From NCBI GenBank assembly GCA_023135155.1, contig JAGLTR010000029.1, forward strand, positions 1 through 44,384: DNA of 44,384 nt. Direction: 5' to 3'. The notes beneath the pieces are model-generated. The model searched no databases, was not told the DNA's origin, and saw only the letters and a list, made by a program, of their open reading frames with translations. Positions 26,708 to 36,383 of this stretch are shown here, in pieces. A program made the position numbers and the translations under genes. The DNA comes from Gammaproteobacteria bacterium. GTDB taxonomy: Bacteria > Pseudomonadota > Gammaproteobacteria > UBA9339. The number at the start of each line of letters is the position of its first letter. Position 1 is the stretch's first letter.

Positions 26708-27496
26708 ATGCGACAGGTACCCAAAGATTCTGTGCTTTGTCTTGATATTGGTAATTCTCATATTGTTGGCGGCGTCTTTACTGATGATGCTTTGCAGTTT
26801 TGTTTTCGTTATGAAGTGAGTTCTGGCGGAACCTCTGATCAGATAGGTATCTTTCTGCGTAGTGTTTTGCGTGAGAATGGTGTTATGCCTGATGAGGTTG
26901 GTAATATTGCTATTTGCTCGGTTGTTCCGCATTTAGATTATTCTGTGCAGGCCGCCTGTAAAAAATATTTTAATAACGATCCGTTTTTATTGCAGCCAGG
27001 TGTGAAGACAGGTATTAAAATCAAATATAAAAATCCACTTGAGGTTGGGGCAGATGTTATTGCAAGTTCTATTGCTGGGGCAATACGTTACCCTGGCAAA
27101 AACCTTATTATTGTTGATTTTGGTACTGCTACTACTATTTGTCCAGTTACAAAAAACAAGGAGTTTCTTGGAGGGATTATTATTCCTGGTATGCGTTTAT
27201 GTATGGAGGCTTTGCAGGATAAAACCGCAAAACTACCGACGGTAAATATTGTTAAACCGAAAAAGTTTTTGGGTTGTTCTACTGTGGAGAGTATTCAGTC
27301 GGGTTTATATTATGGGCAATTGGCATCGGTGCGAGCAATTGTTGATGGTTTGAGTTCAGAGGTGTTTGCCCAAGAGGCGCCGATTGTTATTGGCACGGGT
27401 GGTTTTGCGCATCTGTTTGCCGAGGAAAAGGTGTTTACTGATGTTGTTCCTAATATTGTTCTCGAAGGCTTATATCTGATTTCACGATCTAATTGA
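26708..27496 (+). CDS. coaX: type III pantothenate kinase
   Basis: LCLDIGNSHIVGGVF, DFGTATT and GTGGFA motifs. The ATG at 26708 lies 7 nt after AGGAGGA. Confidence 0.9.
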   Translation: MRQVPKDSVLCLDIGNSHIVGGVFTDDALQFCFRYEVSSGGTSDQIGIFLRSVLRENGVMPDEVGNIAICSVVPHLDYSVQAACKKYFNNDPFLLQPGVKTGIKIKYKNPLEVGADVIASSIAGAIRYPGKNLIIVDFGTATTICPVTKNKEFLGGIIIPGMRLCMEALQDKTAKLPTVNIVKPKKFLGCSTVESIQSGLYYGQLASVRAIVDGLSSEVFAQEAPIVIGTGGFAHLFAEEKVFTDVVPNIVLEGLYLISRSN

Positions 27497-27512
27497 ATTT
27501 TATAATCTTACC

Positions 27513-27539
27513 GTAGAGACGCCCAATTTGGGCGTCTCA
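27513..27539. repeat. family-A hairpin (single) between convergent coaX and OMP genes
   Basis: gtagagacgcccaatttgggcgtctca. Confidence 0.9.
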
Positions 27540-27557
27540 TAAATATGAAGTGGTTAA

Positions 27558-28148
27558 TTAAATATAGCTTAATGGGATGATGTATGTGACACCCGCTGTG
27601 GCTAAGAATGTTGCTGGGGCATTTTTACCATTTTTAGCGGTTGCGGCGACTTGACCATTGATAGCTATATTTGGAGTAAAAGAATAGCTTGCACCAATCG
27701 CGCCAAAAATCGTTGGCTTCATGTGGGTTCCAGCGCGTTTGTTAGTTAATACGCTATTTGGATCCTCATATTTGTGGTTTAGAACGGCTGGTCCAACTTT
27801 ACCAAAAACACTAAAGCCGTTTTTGAACGGTACGATAGCTTTTAGTGCTAAATCGAGTAGAAAATTGTTTGTTGTTTGAACGCTATTATCAAAGCGGCCA
27901 TTGCGAAACATTGAAAAGCCAAATTCAGTAGCAAATGTTGGGACAAATTTATAACCAACTTCAACGCGACCGCCAAATCCGGTGGTTTTGTTAAGATTGC
28001 TGCCAGAGATCGTTTCTTTCATCTTCCCGTATCCAAGATTAATGCCTGCATAAAAGCCGCTATTAATTTCCTGCACAGCAAATGCAGAGCTATAGCAAAA
28101 CATGGCTGTAGCTAAAATGGATGTAGTGAGTGCTATTTTTTTTATCAT
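27558..28148 (-). CDS. small outer-membrane beta-barrel protein (OmpA-like/porin family 8-strand type)
   Basis: Signal peptide MIKKIALTTSILATAMFCYSSAFA. Alternating aromatic/Gly beta-strand pattern (YAGINLGYG, RVEVGYKF, GASYSF, AGVTYII). Confidence 0.65.
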   Translation of the reverse strand: MIKKIALTTSILATAMFCYSSAFAVQEINSGFYAGINLGYGKMKETISGSNLNKTTGFGGRVEVGYKFVPTFATEFGFSMFRNGRFDNSVQTTNNFLLDLALKAIVPFKNGFSVFGKVGPAVLNHKYEDPNSVLTNKRAGTHMKPTIFGAIGASYSFTPNIAINGQVAATAKNGKNAPATFLATAGVTYIIPLSYI

Positions 28149-28183
28149 TGGTTTCTCCTTTGCGTTTAATTTAGTTAAATTAT

Positions 28184-29197
28184 TTATTCCATGTTAGCCA
28201 TGTATTGACCAAGACAAGCAGCGCTATTTAATTTTGCACGCTTGTAGAATGCTTGTTGAGCAGCTTCAATATTCTCAGCTTTACCTTTCCAGGCTGTTAA
28301 AGCTGGTTCTTGTAGCGCACGCCCATATGAAAAACTTAAATTCCATGGCTTCTCTATTTCAGAAGCATTCATGGCATTTAGGTGAGCCGTTGCTAATTCT
28401 GGGCTTTGGCCGCCAGATAAGAAATTAATTGTTTGAACAGCAGCAGGGACTGTTTCGCGTAAAATTGCTAAAGTATAAGCGGCAACTGCATCAATAGACG
28501 CTTGTTGTGGGCACTCTTTGCCAGAGATGACCATGCTAGGTTTTAAGATGATGTTTTCTAAAAGAACTTTTTGTTCGCGTAGCTCCTGAAATACAGCGCT
28601 TAAAACATTGCCGCTTTTTTCGGCGCACTCTTCGATGGTGTGTTTGCCGTCTATTAATATTTCAGGTTCAACAATTGGCACGATGTCTTCGTGTTGACAT
28701 ATCGATGCGTAGCTTGCTAGTGAGACCGCGTTTAAGCGAATGGCTATATCGCTAGGAGTTTTGTCGCTAATATTGAATACGGCTCGCCATTTGGCGAATT
28801 TTGCACCATGTTTTTTGTATTCTTGTAGACGCTCGACTAAGCCATCTAAGCCCTCGGTTATTTTTTCACCGTTAGCATTTTCTAGTGGCACAGTGCCTTT
28901 ATCAACTTTAATGCCAGGAACAATGCCGAGATCACTTAATAATTTTGGAAATGGGGTGCCATTGATTGCTTTGGTGAATAGTGTTTCTTCAAACAAGATA
29001 ACACCGCTAATAAATTCATTAACATTTGGCGTAGTAAATAAAAGATCGCGATATGCTTGGCGATTTTCATCAGTTGATGGAATGTTGATGTTATCAAAAC
29101 GTTTTTGAATGGTAGGGAAACTTTCGTCAGCAGCTAATATGCCTTTTCCTGATTGGCTAATTGCTTTTACAGTGCGAGTTAATTCAGCGATATTCAT
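28184..29197 (-). CDS. fba: fructose-bisphosphate aldolase, class I
   Basis: GKGILAADES, GIKVDKG, the Schiff-base lysine region ILKPSMV, and LSGGQS. 337 aa. Confidence 0.92.
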   Translation of the reverse strand: MNIAELTRTVKAISQSGKGILAADESFPTIQKRFDNINIPSTDENRQAYRDLLFTTPNVNEFISGVILFEETLFTKAINGTPFPKLLSDLGIVPGIKVDKGTVPLENANGEKITEGLDGLVERLQEYKKHGAKFAKWRAVFNISDKTPSDIAIRLNAVSLASYASICQHEDIVPIVEPEILIDGKHTIEECAEKSGNVLSAVFQELREQKVLLENIILKPSMVISGKECPQQASIDAVAAYTLAILRETVPAAVQTINFLSGGQSPELATAHLNAMNASEIEKPWNLSFSYGRALQEPALTAWKGKAENIEAAQQAFYKRAKLNSAACLGQYMANME

Positions 29198-29289
29198 GAT
29201 GGTCTCCCTTTATGTATTATCCCTGTCATTGTACCTTGGACTGTTCTTGGGTGCTAGATCCGTTTACCAATATAGCGTATATTACGCGC

Positions 29290-30045
29290 ATGCGAATTTT
29301 ATTAAGTAATGATGATGGTGTGCATGCTGATGGTTTGGCAGCACTAATTGAATCTTTAAGCGCAATTGCAGATCTTGATGTCGTGGCCCCAGATCGTGAT
29401 CGTAGTGGCGCCAGTAATTCTTTAACCTTCAAAACTCCTTTGCGTCCTCAAGTATTGCGTAATGGTGCTGTTTCTCTTGAAGGTACGCCGACTGATTGTG
29501 TGCATATGGCATTGCGTGGCTATCTGAAGAAAAAACCTGATTTAGTTGTTTCTGGAATTAATCATGGCGCGAATTTGGGTGATGATGTGCTTTATTCTGG
29601 AACTGTTGCAGCAGCAATGGAAGCGCGTATTTTAGGTATTCCATCAATTGCAGTTTCACTTGTGGACCCGACGGAATATCATTTTGCAACTGCTGGAGCA
29701 ATCGCTAAACAGCTAGTTGAGCGCGTAGTTAAGGACCCTTTGCCAGCAAATACGATTTTAAATGTGAATGTGCCTGATTTGCCGTTGGAAAAAATTCGAG
29801 GCATAGAGGTGGCACGTCTTGGCGCACGACATTCTGCAGGCCCGATGGTGAAGATGCGCAATCCGCATGGTCAGATGGTTTATTGGGTGGGACCAGCAGG
29901 TCCTGGTGCTGATGCTGGTCCTGGAACAGATTTTCACGCCGTGGCTTCAGGGTGTGTGGCAGTTACACCTTTGCAGGTGGACTTAACTAATTACGTAGCT
30001 TTTGAGAAGGTTGCACAATGGGTTACCGGATTAACCGCAAACTAA
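29290..30045 (+). CDS. surE: 5'/3'-nucleotidase SurE
   Basis: MRILLSNDDGVHADGL, PDRDRSGASNSLT, SGINHGANLGDDVLYSGTVAAAMEA. The internal ATG at 29290 is the conserved start. Confidence 0.93.
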   Translation: MRILLSNDDGVHADGLAALIESLSAIADLDVVAPDRDRSGASNSLTFKTPLRPQVLRNGAVSLEGTPTDCVHMALRGYLKKKPDLVVSGINHGANLGDDVLYSGTVAAAMEARILGIPSIAVSLVDPTEYHFATAGAIAKQLVERVVKDPLPANTILNVNVPDLPLEKIRGIEVARLGARHSAGPMVKMRNPHGQMVYWVGPAGPGADAGPGTDFHAVASGCVAVTPLQVDLTNYVAFEKVAQWVTGLTAN

Positions 30046-30791
30046 AATTTTTAGTAGTAATACTGTTTTTCGCTCTAGTTGGTTGTGGTGGCAATAGTTA
30101 TGCGCCCGTTGTTTCTGTTTATCGTACTTCAACTGCACCAGCACGTGGTTATGCCGTGCATCCTGGTGATACTCTTTATTCAATAGCTTGGGCCTTCGGG
30201 ATGGATTATCGCGATTTAGCGCGTATGAATGGTCTTAGTCAGCCGTATCATTTGCGAGTTGGTCAGCATTTAGCAACCACTTATACGCATCAGAGGCCAA
30301 GGCAGCGTGTTGCCAAATCGCAACCCGTAGTGCATCGAGCTTATGTTAAACCTAAGTTAGTAGTTAAAAGCGCTCAGCCGAAGGAGACAGTTCATTATGT
30401 TCCTGAGCCTGGGAATGTAAGAGTAGGGCGCTGGCTGTGGCCAGCACGCGGGCGTATTATCCGGAAGTTTTCAGCTAAGCTTGGAGGCAATAGGGGCTTG
30501 GATATAACCGGTCGCTATGGTTCGCCCATAAGAAGTAGCGCTGCAGGCCTAGTGGTATATAGTGGATCAGGTTTGCGCGCCTATGGAAAATTGATTATTA
30601 TCAAGCATAATGCTAGTTACCTGAGTGCCTATGCCCACAATCGACGCATGCTTGTCCGCGAAGGGCAGTTTGTCAAAGCTGGACAGAAGATTGCTACCAT
30701 GGGAAGAAATAATAGCGGGAAGACTGTTTTGCATTTTGAAATCAGGCATAATGGTCGACCAGTTAATCCTTTGAGGTATCTGCATCGGTAA
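30018..30791 (+). CDS. nlpD: murein hydrolase activator NlpD (lipoprotein, LysM plus M23 domain)
   Basis: Lipobox LVGCGG. LysM (YAVHPGDTLYSIAWAFGMDYRDLARMNGL). M23 region (GLDITGRYGSPIRSSAAGLVVYSG...IIIKHN..YLSAYAHN...LHFEIR). Lies upstream of rpoS. Confidence 0.88.
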   Translation: MGYRINRKLKFLVVILFFALVGCGGNSYAPVVSVYRTSTAPARGYAVHPGDTLYSIAWAFGMDYRDLARMNGLSQPYHLRVGQHLATTYTHQRPRQRVAKSQPVVHRAYVKPKLVVKSAQPKETVHYVPEPGNVRVGRWLWPARGRIIRKFSAKLGGNRGLDITGRYGSPIRSSAAGLVVYSGSGLRAYGKLIIIKHNASYLSAYAHNRRMLVREGQFVKAGQKIATMGRNNSGKTVLHFEIRHNGRPVNPLRYLHR

Positions 30792-30818
30792 CCCCGTAAC
30801 GCAAGGACTTGAGTAGTT

Positions 30819-31670
30819 ATGATAGATAGAAAAGCACATAGTGATAATCCAACGGATCTATATTTGCGCGAGATAGGTTTTCGACCGCTGTTAAAAGCTG
30901 AGCAAGAAGTTGATTTGTCGCGTCGTGCTCATAGTGGTGATGAAGAAGCACGCAACATTATGATTGAGAGCAATTTGCGTTTGGTGGTTAACATAGCTCG
31001 GCGTTATCTAAATCGGGGTTTAGATTTTTCTGACCTTATTGAGGAAGGCAATTTAGGTTTGATGCACGCGGTGGAGAAGTTTGATCCAGAGATGGGTTTT
31101 CGTTTTTCTACATATGCGACTTGGTGGATTCGTCAGACAGTAGAGCGCGCGATTATGAACCAAGGGCGCACAATCAGGCTGCCAGTGTATGTGATGAAAG
31201 AGCTGAATACCTTTTGGCAGGCGAGTGCTGAACTTGCGAAGAAGTTAGACCATGAGCCCACAGTTGAAGAAATCGCTGAGAAAATGGGTAAGCCAGTTGA
31301 GCAAGTGCGACAGATGTTTGATCTCAGTAAGGATGTCTCATCATTAGATGAAGTAGTTTATTCTGATAGTGAGCGCACAGTGGTGGATACAGTAGCTGAT
31401 GATGTGTATACGGATCCACGTAGAATGCTCGAGGGCGAAGATTCTGAAAATCAGTTGAATTCTTGTCTTGATGAACTTAATCCAAAACAGCAGGCGGTGA
31501 TTATGCGGCGCTTTGGTTTGCGTGGGCATAAGCGCTATACGCTCGATGAGGTTGGACAACAGTTAGGTATTACGCGCGAACGTGTGCGTCAAATTCAGAT
31601 TTCATCTCTACGCAATCTACAGCGTATCCTGCGGCACCGTGGTATTGGACATGAAATGATTGAAGATTAA
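30819..31670 (+). CDS. rpoS: RNA polymerase sigma factor RpoS
   Basis: Regions 2-4 are near-identical in pattern to E. coli RpoS ([61 protein letters not shown]). nlpD-rpoS synteny. Confidence 0.9.
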   Translation: MIDRKAHSDNPTDLYLREIGFRPLLKAEQEVDLSRRAHSGDEEARNIMIESNLRLVVNIARRYLNRGLDFSDLIEEGNLGLMHAVEKFDPEMGFRFSTYATWWIRQTVERAIMNQGRTIRLPVYVMKELNTFWQASAELAKKLDHEPTVEEIAEKMGKPVEQVRQMFDLSKDVSSLDEVVYSDSERTVVDTVADDVYTDPRRMLEGEDSENQLNSCLDELNPKQQAVIMRRFGLRGHKRYTLDEVGQQLGITRERVRQIQISSLRNLQRILRHRGIGHEMIED

Positions 31671-31782
31671 ATTCTTGTAACTATTCAGCCATTTTTCGCC
31701 CAAATCTACAGCACTACTGACCGTTCTGCTAACTTAGAAATTCACGGCGCTGAATAATTACAAATTCTTTTTGTAAGTCTCC

Positions 31783-31811
31783 CATTGAAATTTCCCACAT
31801 AACCCCCATCT
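31783..31811 (+). promoter_or_regulatory. sigma32 (RpoH) heat-shock promoter for htpG
   Basis: gtCTCCCATTGAAA (TTGAAA at 31785-31790), 13-nt spacer, CCCCATCT (31804-31811). This matches the consensus TCTC.CCCTTGAA-N13/14-CCCCAT.T. Confidence 0.7.
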
Positions 31812-31821
31812 GGGGAGTGAA

Positions 31822-31846
31822 GTAGAGACGTATAGTATGCGTCTTT
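31822..31846. repeat. family-A hairpin, TATA-variant, inside the predicted htpG leader
   Basis: gtagagacgtatagtatgcgtcttt, followed by tttat. The upper stem GTATA/TATGC includes a G-U pair. Confidence 0.75.
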
Positions 31847-31895
31847 TTATAATGGGGCGATAGCCCCAAAATGTATAAAGTCGGAGGTAAAAATC

Positions 31896-33821
31896 ATGTC
31901 AGTACAAAAGCAAGCCGAAACATTAGGTTTTCAAACAGAGGTAAAACAGTTGCTGCATCTCGTGACGCATGCTCTTTATTCAAACAAAGAGATCTTTTTG
32001 CGTGAGCTAATATCGAATGCGTCAGATGCTAATGATAAATTGCGTTTTGAGGCATTAAATGATGCTGCGCTTTACGGAGATGATGGTGATCTTAAAATTT
32101 GCGTGGATTTTGATAAAAATGCAAAAACGATCACAGTGCGTGATAACGGTATTGGCTTAAGTCGTGAAGAAGCGATTGAGCATCTCGGTACCATTGCGAA
32201 ATCTGGCACGCGACAATTTTTAGAAGCATTAAGTGGCGATCAGAAAAAAGATGCGAACTTAATTGGGCAGTTCGGTGTTGGTTTTTATTCGGCATTTGTT
32301 GTTGCCGATAAAGTTACGGTTAAATCACGTCGTGCTGGTATGAAGGCAGATCAAGGTGTTTTATGGGAATCAGCTGGCGAAGGTGAGTATAAAGTTGAGA
32401 ATATCTCGAAACCTGAGAGAGGTACGGAAATAACTTTGCATATAAAGGATGATGAGGATGAGTTTCTAAATGATTACCGTTTGAAAAATATTATTACTAA
32501 ATATTCTGATCATATTTTATGGCCTGTCGTCATGAAAGAAGAGGTGATGCCTGAGATACCAGAAGGCGATGAGGAGAAAAAAGAAGGTGTTAAGCCTGAA
32601 ATTAAAGATGTTGTAGTTAATAGTGCTAAGGCGTTGTGGACGTTGCCACGTAGTGAAATCAAAGATGAAGAGTATAAGGAGCTATATAAGCACGTTAGCC
32701 ATGATTTTGATGAGCCGTTGTCATGGGTACATAATAAAGTCGAAGGCAAGCTGGAATATACTAGCTTGTTGTATATTCCAAAACGCGCGCCATTTGATTT
32801 ATGGAATCGTGATAATACGCATGGTTTAAAATTATTTGTACAACGCGTCTTTGTTATGGATGATGCAAAACAGTTATTGCCACTGTATTTGCGTTTTGTG
32901 CGCGGTATTGTCGATTCAAATGACTTACCATTGAATATTTCTCGCGAGATTCTGCAGAATAATAAAACAATTGATAGTATTCGCTCAGGTGTTGTGAAGC
33001 GTGTGCTTGATATGCTAGAGAATATGTCAAAAAATGATACGGATAATTATAAAATATTCTGGAAAGAGTTTGGAAATGTAATTAAAGAGGGTGTGGGCGA
33101 GGATTTTGCTAACAAGGATAAGATTGCGAAATTATTGCGTTTTTCTACTACACATGTTGATAGTTTTGAGCAAGATATATCTTTTGATGATTATATTGCA
33201 CGCATGAAACCAGAACAAAAAGCTATCTACTATGTTACAGCTGATAATTATATTGCTGCTAAGAATAGTCCTCATTTAGAAGTGTTCCGTAAGAAAGGTC
33301 TCGAGGTTATTTTATTGCATGACCGCGTTGATGAGTGGTTGGCTTCTTATTTAACTGAGTATGAAGGCAAGAAGCTGCAGTCCATTACGCGCGGTGATTT
33401 GGATCTTGGTGATTTAGAAGATAAAGAAGAAAAAGAGCTAAAAGAGAAAACGGAAAAAGAGTTTGATGCGGTAATTAAGCAGATGAAGGAAGTGTTGGGT
33501 GAGAAGGTTAAGGATATTCGTGTGACAACACGTTTAACTGATTCGCCAGCTTGTTTGATTAGCGATGAAAATGATTTAAGTGGGCATATGCAAAGAATGT
33601 TAGAGGCCGCTGGCCAGATGGTTCCAGGAGCTAAGCCAATTTTAGAGCTTAACCCTGAGCATATGTTGATTCAGAAATTAAAAGATGAACAGGATGATGC
33701 AAAATTTGGCGAATGGAGCAATATTCTTTTTGATCAGGCGCTATTAGCCGAAGGTGGACAGTTAGAAGATCCTGCCAGTTTTGTAAAACGCTTGAACGCT
33801 CTATTAATTGAGCTATCGTAG
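31896..33821 (+). CDS. htpG: molecular chaperone HtpG (Hsp90)
   Basis: [49 protein letters not shown], 641 aa. GGAGG SD upstream. Confidence 0.97.
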   Translation: MSVQKQAETLGFQTEVKQLLHLVTHALYSNKEIFLRELISNASDANDKLRFEALNDAALYGDDGDLKICVDFDKNAKTITVRDNGIGLSREEAIEHLGTIAKSGTRQFLEALSGDQKKDANLIGQFGVGFYSAFVVADKVTVKSRRAGMKADQGVLWESAGEGEYKVENISKPERGTEITLHIKDDEDEFLNDYRLKNIITKYSDHILWPVVMKEEVMPEIPEGDEEKKEGVKPEIKDVVVNSAKALWTLPRSEIKDEEYKELYKHVSHDFDEPLSWVHNKVEGKLEYTSLLYIPKRAPFDLWNRDNTHGLKLFVQRVFVMDDAKQLLPLYLRFVRGIVDSNDLPLNISREILQNNKTIDSIRSGVVKRVLDMLENMSKNDTDNYKIFWKEFGNVIKEGVGEDFANKDKIAKLLRFSTTHVDSFEQDISFDDYIARMKPEQKAIYYVTADNYIAAKNSPHLEVFRKKGLEVILLHDRVDEWLASYLTEYEGKKLQSITRGDLDLGDLEDKEEKELKEKTEKEFDAVIKQMKEVLGEKVKDIRVTTRLTDSPACLISDENDLSGHMQRMLEAAGQMVPGAKPILELNPEHMLIQKLKDEQDDAKFGEWSNILFDQALLAEGGQLEDPASFVKRLNALLIELS

Positions 33822-33842
33822 CAACTGTATTGTTTTTGAAGC

Positions 33843-33868
33843 GTAGAGACGCCCAACTTGGGCGTCTT
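33843..33868. repeat. family-A hairpin (single)
   Basis: gtagagacgcccaacttgggcgtctt, 22 nt after the htpG stop. Confidence 0.9.
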
Positions 33869-34002
33869 AAGGGCGCCTCTCGAAATCGTCATACCGTGGC
33901 TTGACCACGGTATCCATAATTTTAACTTATTGATTTTATTGGATCCCGCGGTCAAGCCACGGGATGACGAGCCCAGAAAAACGGATTTATAGAGGTGCCC
34001 TT
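33869..34002. repeat. family-D inverted repeat (19-nt arms) enclosing a family-C composite element (33888-33968)
   Basis: The arms aagggcgcctctcgaaatc (33869-33887) and gatttatagaggtgccctt (33984-34002) are complementary at 16 of 19 positions. Between them lies GTCATACCGTGGcttgaCCACGGTATCC...GGATCCCGCGGtcaagCCACGGGATGAC. Confidence 0.7.
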
Positions 34003-34017
34003 AATGGTGATTTTTGG

Positions 34018-34077
34018 CTCTGCTGCATAGTGCCGCGCATTTTAATATTCCTCCAGAATATGCATGTGCTACCATCG
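34018..34077. repeat. family-B element, short 60-bp form (reverse orientation, lacks the inner palindrome)
   Basis: ctctgctgcatagtgccgcgcattttaatattc|ctccagaatatgcatgtgctaccatcg is the reverse complement of the two outer segments of 11524-11675 joined directly. Confidence 0.7.
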
Positions 34078-34215
34078 TTGTGTATCTTGCGCAGCACTGA
34101 ATGAATGTTTTTTTCAATTGAGATTAATTGCCTTGATTTCATTGCATTTTCTTGCTGATCCGGAGCTATAGGTGCAAAATGAGCGCCCTTGCATTTTGGG
34201 AACTTGGAGGGTTAT

Positions 34216-36375
34216 ATGCAAGAGCCTGCACAACAGGGTTCGATGGATTATATGGACACTGTTCTACGATCTGTATCTGAATGTTTAGGAATGGAATCCG
34301 TAATTATATATAAACCAATTGGAAATGGTGATTGGGATTGTTTCTATTCTTATAATTTATCTGAGTCATATGCTTTCTTTCTAGATGATGCCCATTTTGC
34401 GCAGTTGAATTTTGTGTATGAGCAGCGTAGATATAAAGTTGTACAGGATGCTAAGTTAAAAGCGCAGATAAATATCGAGCGTATTATCTACATGCCGTTA
34501 ATTAATGATAAAGATATTATTGGTGTTTGTGTTTATTTTGATAAGAAAGAAACTGTGAGTGACGATAGCTATCATCATTATGAAACGTCGACGCGAATAT
34601 TGTCGGCGACATGTCAGCAATCACTATATTTTCAGCAAATGTCATCACAAATTAGCAACTTTCAGCAGGAAATTATAAAGCGTAAAAAATTAGAAAAGGC
34701 TTTGCGTCGCAGTGAAGATCAGTTTCGTGTTATTTTTGATAGTGCGGTTGATGGTGTTGTGGTTGCAGATCCGCAAACGAAAAAATTTGTTTATGTTAAT
34801 CCGGAAGTTTGTCAGATGACTGGGTATTCAGTTAAAGAGCTCATGTATCTTGATGTTTCTCATTTTCATCCGCGCGAAGATTTAGATTATGTTTTGGCTC
34901 AGTTTGAACGTCAAATGAAAAAAGAGATTCGTATAGCGCGCAATTTACCGGTTTTATGCAAAGATGATTCGGTTGTTTATTGTGATATTGATTCGCGTCC
35001 TATGGAGTTTTGGGGTAAACAGTATCTGGTTGGTTATTTTCGTGATATTACCGATAAGAAGCGTTCCGAAGAAGCTTTGCGTATTAGTGAAAGTCGTTTT
35101 CGTGATCTGTTTAATTATGCGCCAGTACCGCTGTGGGATATAGATTTAACGCGCACTATGGGATACTTCACTAGTAGATATGAGGGAACAGATTTAGAGT
35201 TTGATGAGTTTCTTGATCAGCACCCTGAGGTTTTGGAAAAAAGTATACGTTTAGTCGACACAATTGATCTGAATCGCTACGCTGTCGAATTAACGGGTGT
35301 AAGCGACAAGCGCAAGCTTATTGAAAGCATAGATAATGAGTATATGGTTATTGGAACGCGTTTTGTGATGCGTAAGGTGTTGAAAAACTTATACGCGGGA
35401 AACAAAAAATTCGAAGTTGAGGCGCAGGTGATGCGCGCAACCCAAGAAAAACTATTTATAAAAACCTATTGTATAGTGCCGCATATAGATGAGCATAAAA
35501 TATTGCTAGCAACTGTAGATATGTCACAACAGAAGATACATGCTGAATTATTGGAGGCGTTAGTTGATCAGCGCACACTTGAATTACAAAATATAAATTT
35601 ACAATTAGCCGATGAAATAAATGTTCGTAAACAGGCTGAAGAGGCTTATCGCCAAAGCGAAGAGCGTCTGAATTGGCATCGTCAGCAATTAATACGTATT
35701 GGGCGTGCAAAATCTATGAGCATGATGGCGTCAAGTATTGCGCATCAAATAAATCAGCCATTAATGGTTATTTCTTCTTATTCTCAGGCTTGTATTAACA
35801 AAATTCAACAGGGTGATGCCAGCTTGGAAGCGCTTTATTATCCTTTAACAAAGGTTGTCGAGCATGTTGAGCGCGCTGGTAATATTATTCATGGCATGAA
35901 AGATTTTTTTACCACTAGTAATTTAAATCGTGAAGTAGTTAATGTTTATGATCTTATAGAAGATGCAATTGAGCTGGTTGATTATCGCGGACTTGGTAAA
36001 CAATGTATTACTAAGCAGTATATTAATCATCATCAGTGGTTGTTCATAGATAAGTTGCAGGTTGAGCACGTGTTGCTGAATATCTTACAAAATGCTGTTG
36101 ATGCGTTATATGAGCAGAAAAACAGTCATCCGACTATGGTAATTACTACAATTATTAATAATGATAGTTTTGTTGTAAGTATTGCCGATAATGGGCCGGG
36201 TGTTTCTCCTGCTGTGCAAAAACAGATCTTTGAAACTTTTTTTACCACCAAAGATGGCGGTATGGGCGTGGGTTTGGCGATATGTTTGGCAGTTGTTGAA
36301 GCGCATGGCGGCAATTTGAAGCTAACGACAAGTGCTGCTGGAGGCGCGGAGTTTTATTTTACTTTACCTCTGTAG
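34216..36375 (+). CDS. cytoplasmic sensor histidine kinase (GAF-like N-terminus, 2 PAS modules, HisKA, HATPase_c); no adjacent response regulator
   Basis: H-box SSIAHQINQPL. N/G boxes LLNILQNAVDA, DNGPGV, GGMGVGLAI. PAS S-box-like segments (FRVIFDSAVDGVVVAD; FRDLFNYAPVPLWDID). The ATG at 34216 lies 5 nt after GGAGG. Confidence 0.85.
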   Translation: MQEPAQQGSMDYMDTVLRSVSECLGMESVIIYKPIGNGDWDCFYSYNLSESYAFFLDDAHFAQLNFVYEQRRYKVVQDAKLKAQINIERIIYMPLINDKDIIGVCVYFDKKETVSDDSYHHYETSTRILSATCQQSLYFQQMSSQISNFQQEIIKRKKLEKALRRSEDQFRVIFDSAVDGVVVADPQTKKFVYVNPEVCQMTGYSVKELMYLDVSHFHPREDLDYVLAQFERQMKKEIRIARNLPVLCKDDSVVYCDIDSRPMEFWGKQYLVGYFRDITDKKRSEEALRISESRFRDLFNYAPVPLWDIDLTRTMGYFTSRYEGTDLEFDEFLDQHPEVLEKSIRLVDTIDLNRYAVELTGVSDKRKLIESIDNEYMVIGTRFVMRKVLKNLYAGNKKFEVEAQVMRATQEKLFIKTYCIVPHIDEHKILLATVDMSQQKIHAELLEALVDQRTLELQNINLQLADEINVRKQAEEAYRQSEERLNWHRQQLIRIGRAKSMSMMASSIAHQINQPLMVISSYSQACINKIQQGDASLEALYYPLTKVVEHVERAGNIIHGMKDFFTTSNLNREVVNVYDLIEDAIELVDYRGLGKQCITKQYINHHQWLFIDKLQVEHVLLNILQNAVDALYEQKNSHPTMVITTIINNDSFVVSIADNGPGVSPAVQKQIFETFFTTKDGGMGVGLAICLAVVEAHGGNLKLTTSAAGGAEFYFTLPL

Positions 36376-36383
36376 GCCGTCAT

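Noticed and set aside
29290-30791. Absence of pcm between surE and nlpD (E. coli order is surE-pcm-nlpD-rpoS), and the 28-nt surE/nlpD overlap.
   Set aside because: Gene order here varies among gammaproteobacteria. The absence of one gene from a window says nothing about the genome. Noted only as context.
31677-31761. Long-range pairing gtaactattcagc (31677-31689) with gctgaataattac (31749-31761) followed by a T-run. It could be an rpoS terminator or an sRNA.
   Set aside because: The 13-bp AT-rich stem has one mismatch and a ~59-nt loop. That is too weak to call a terminator or ncRNA without transcript data. Its loop and stem end upstream of the sigma32 promoter, so it is not needed to explain anything.
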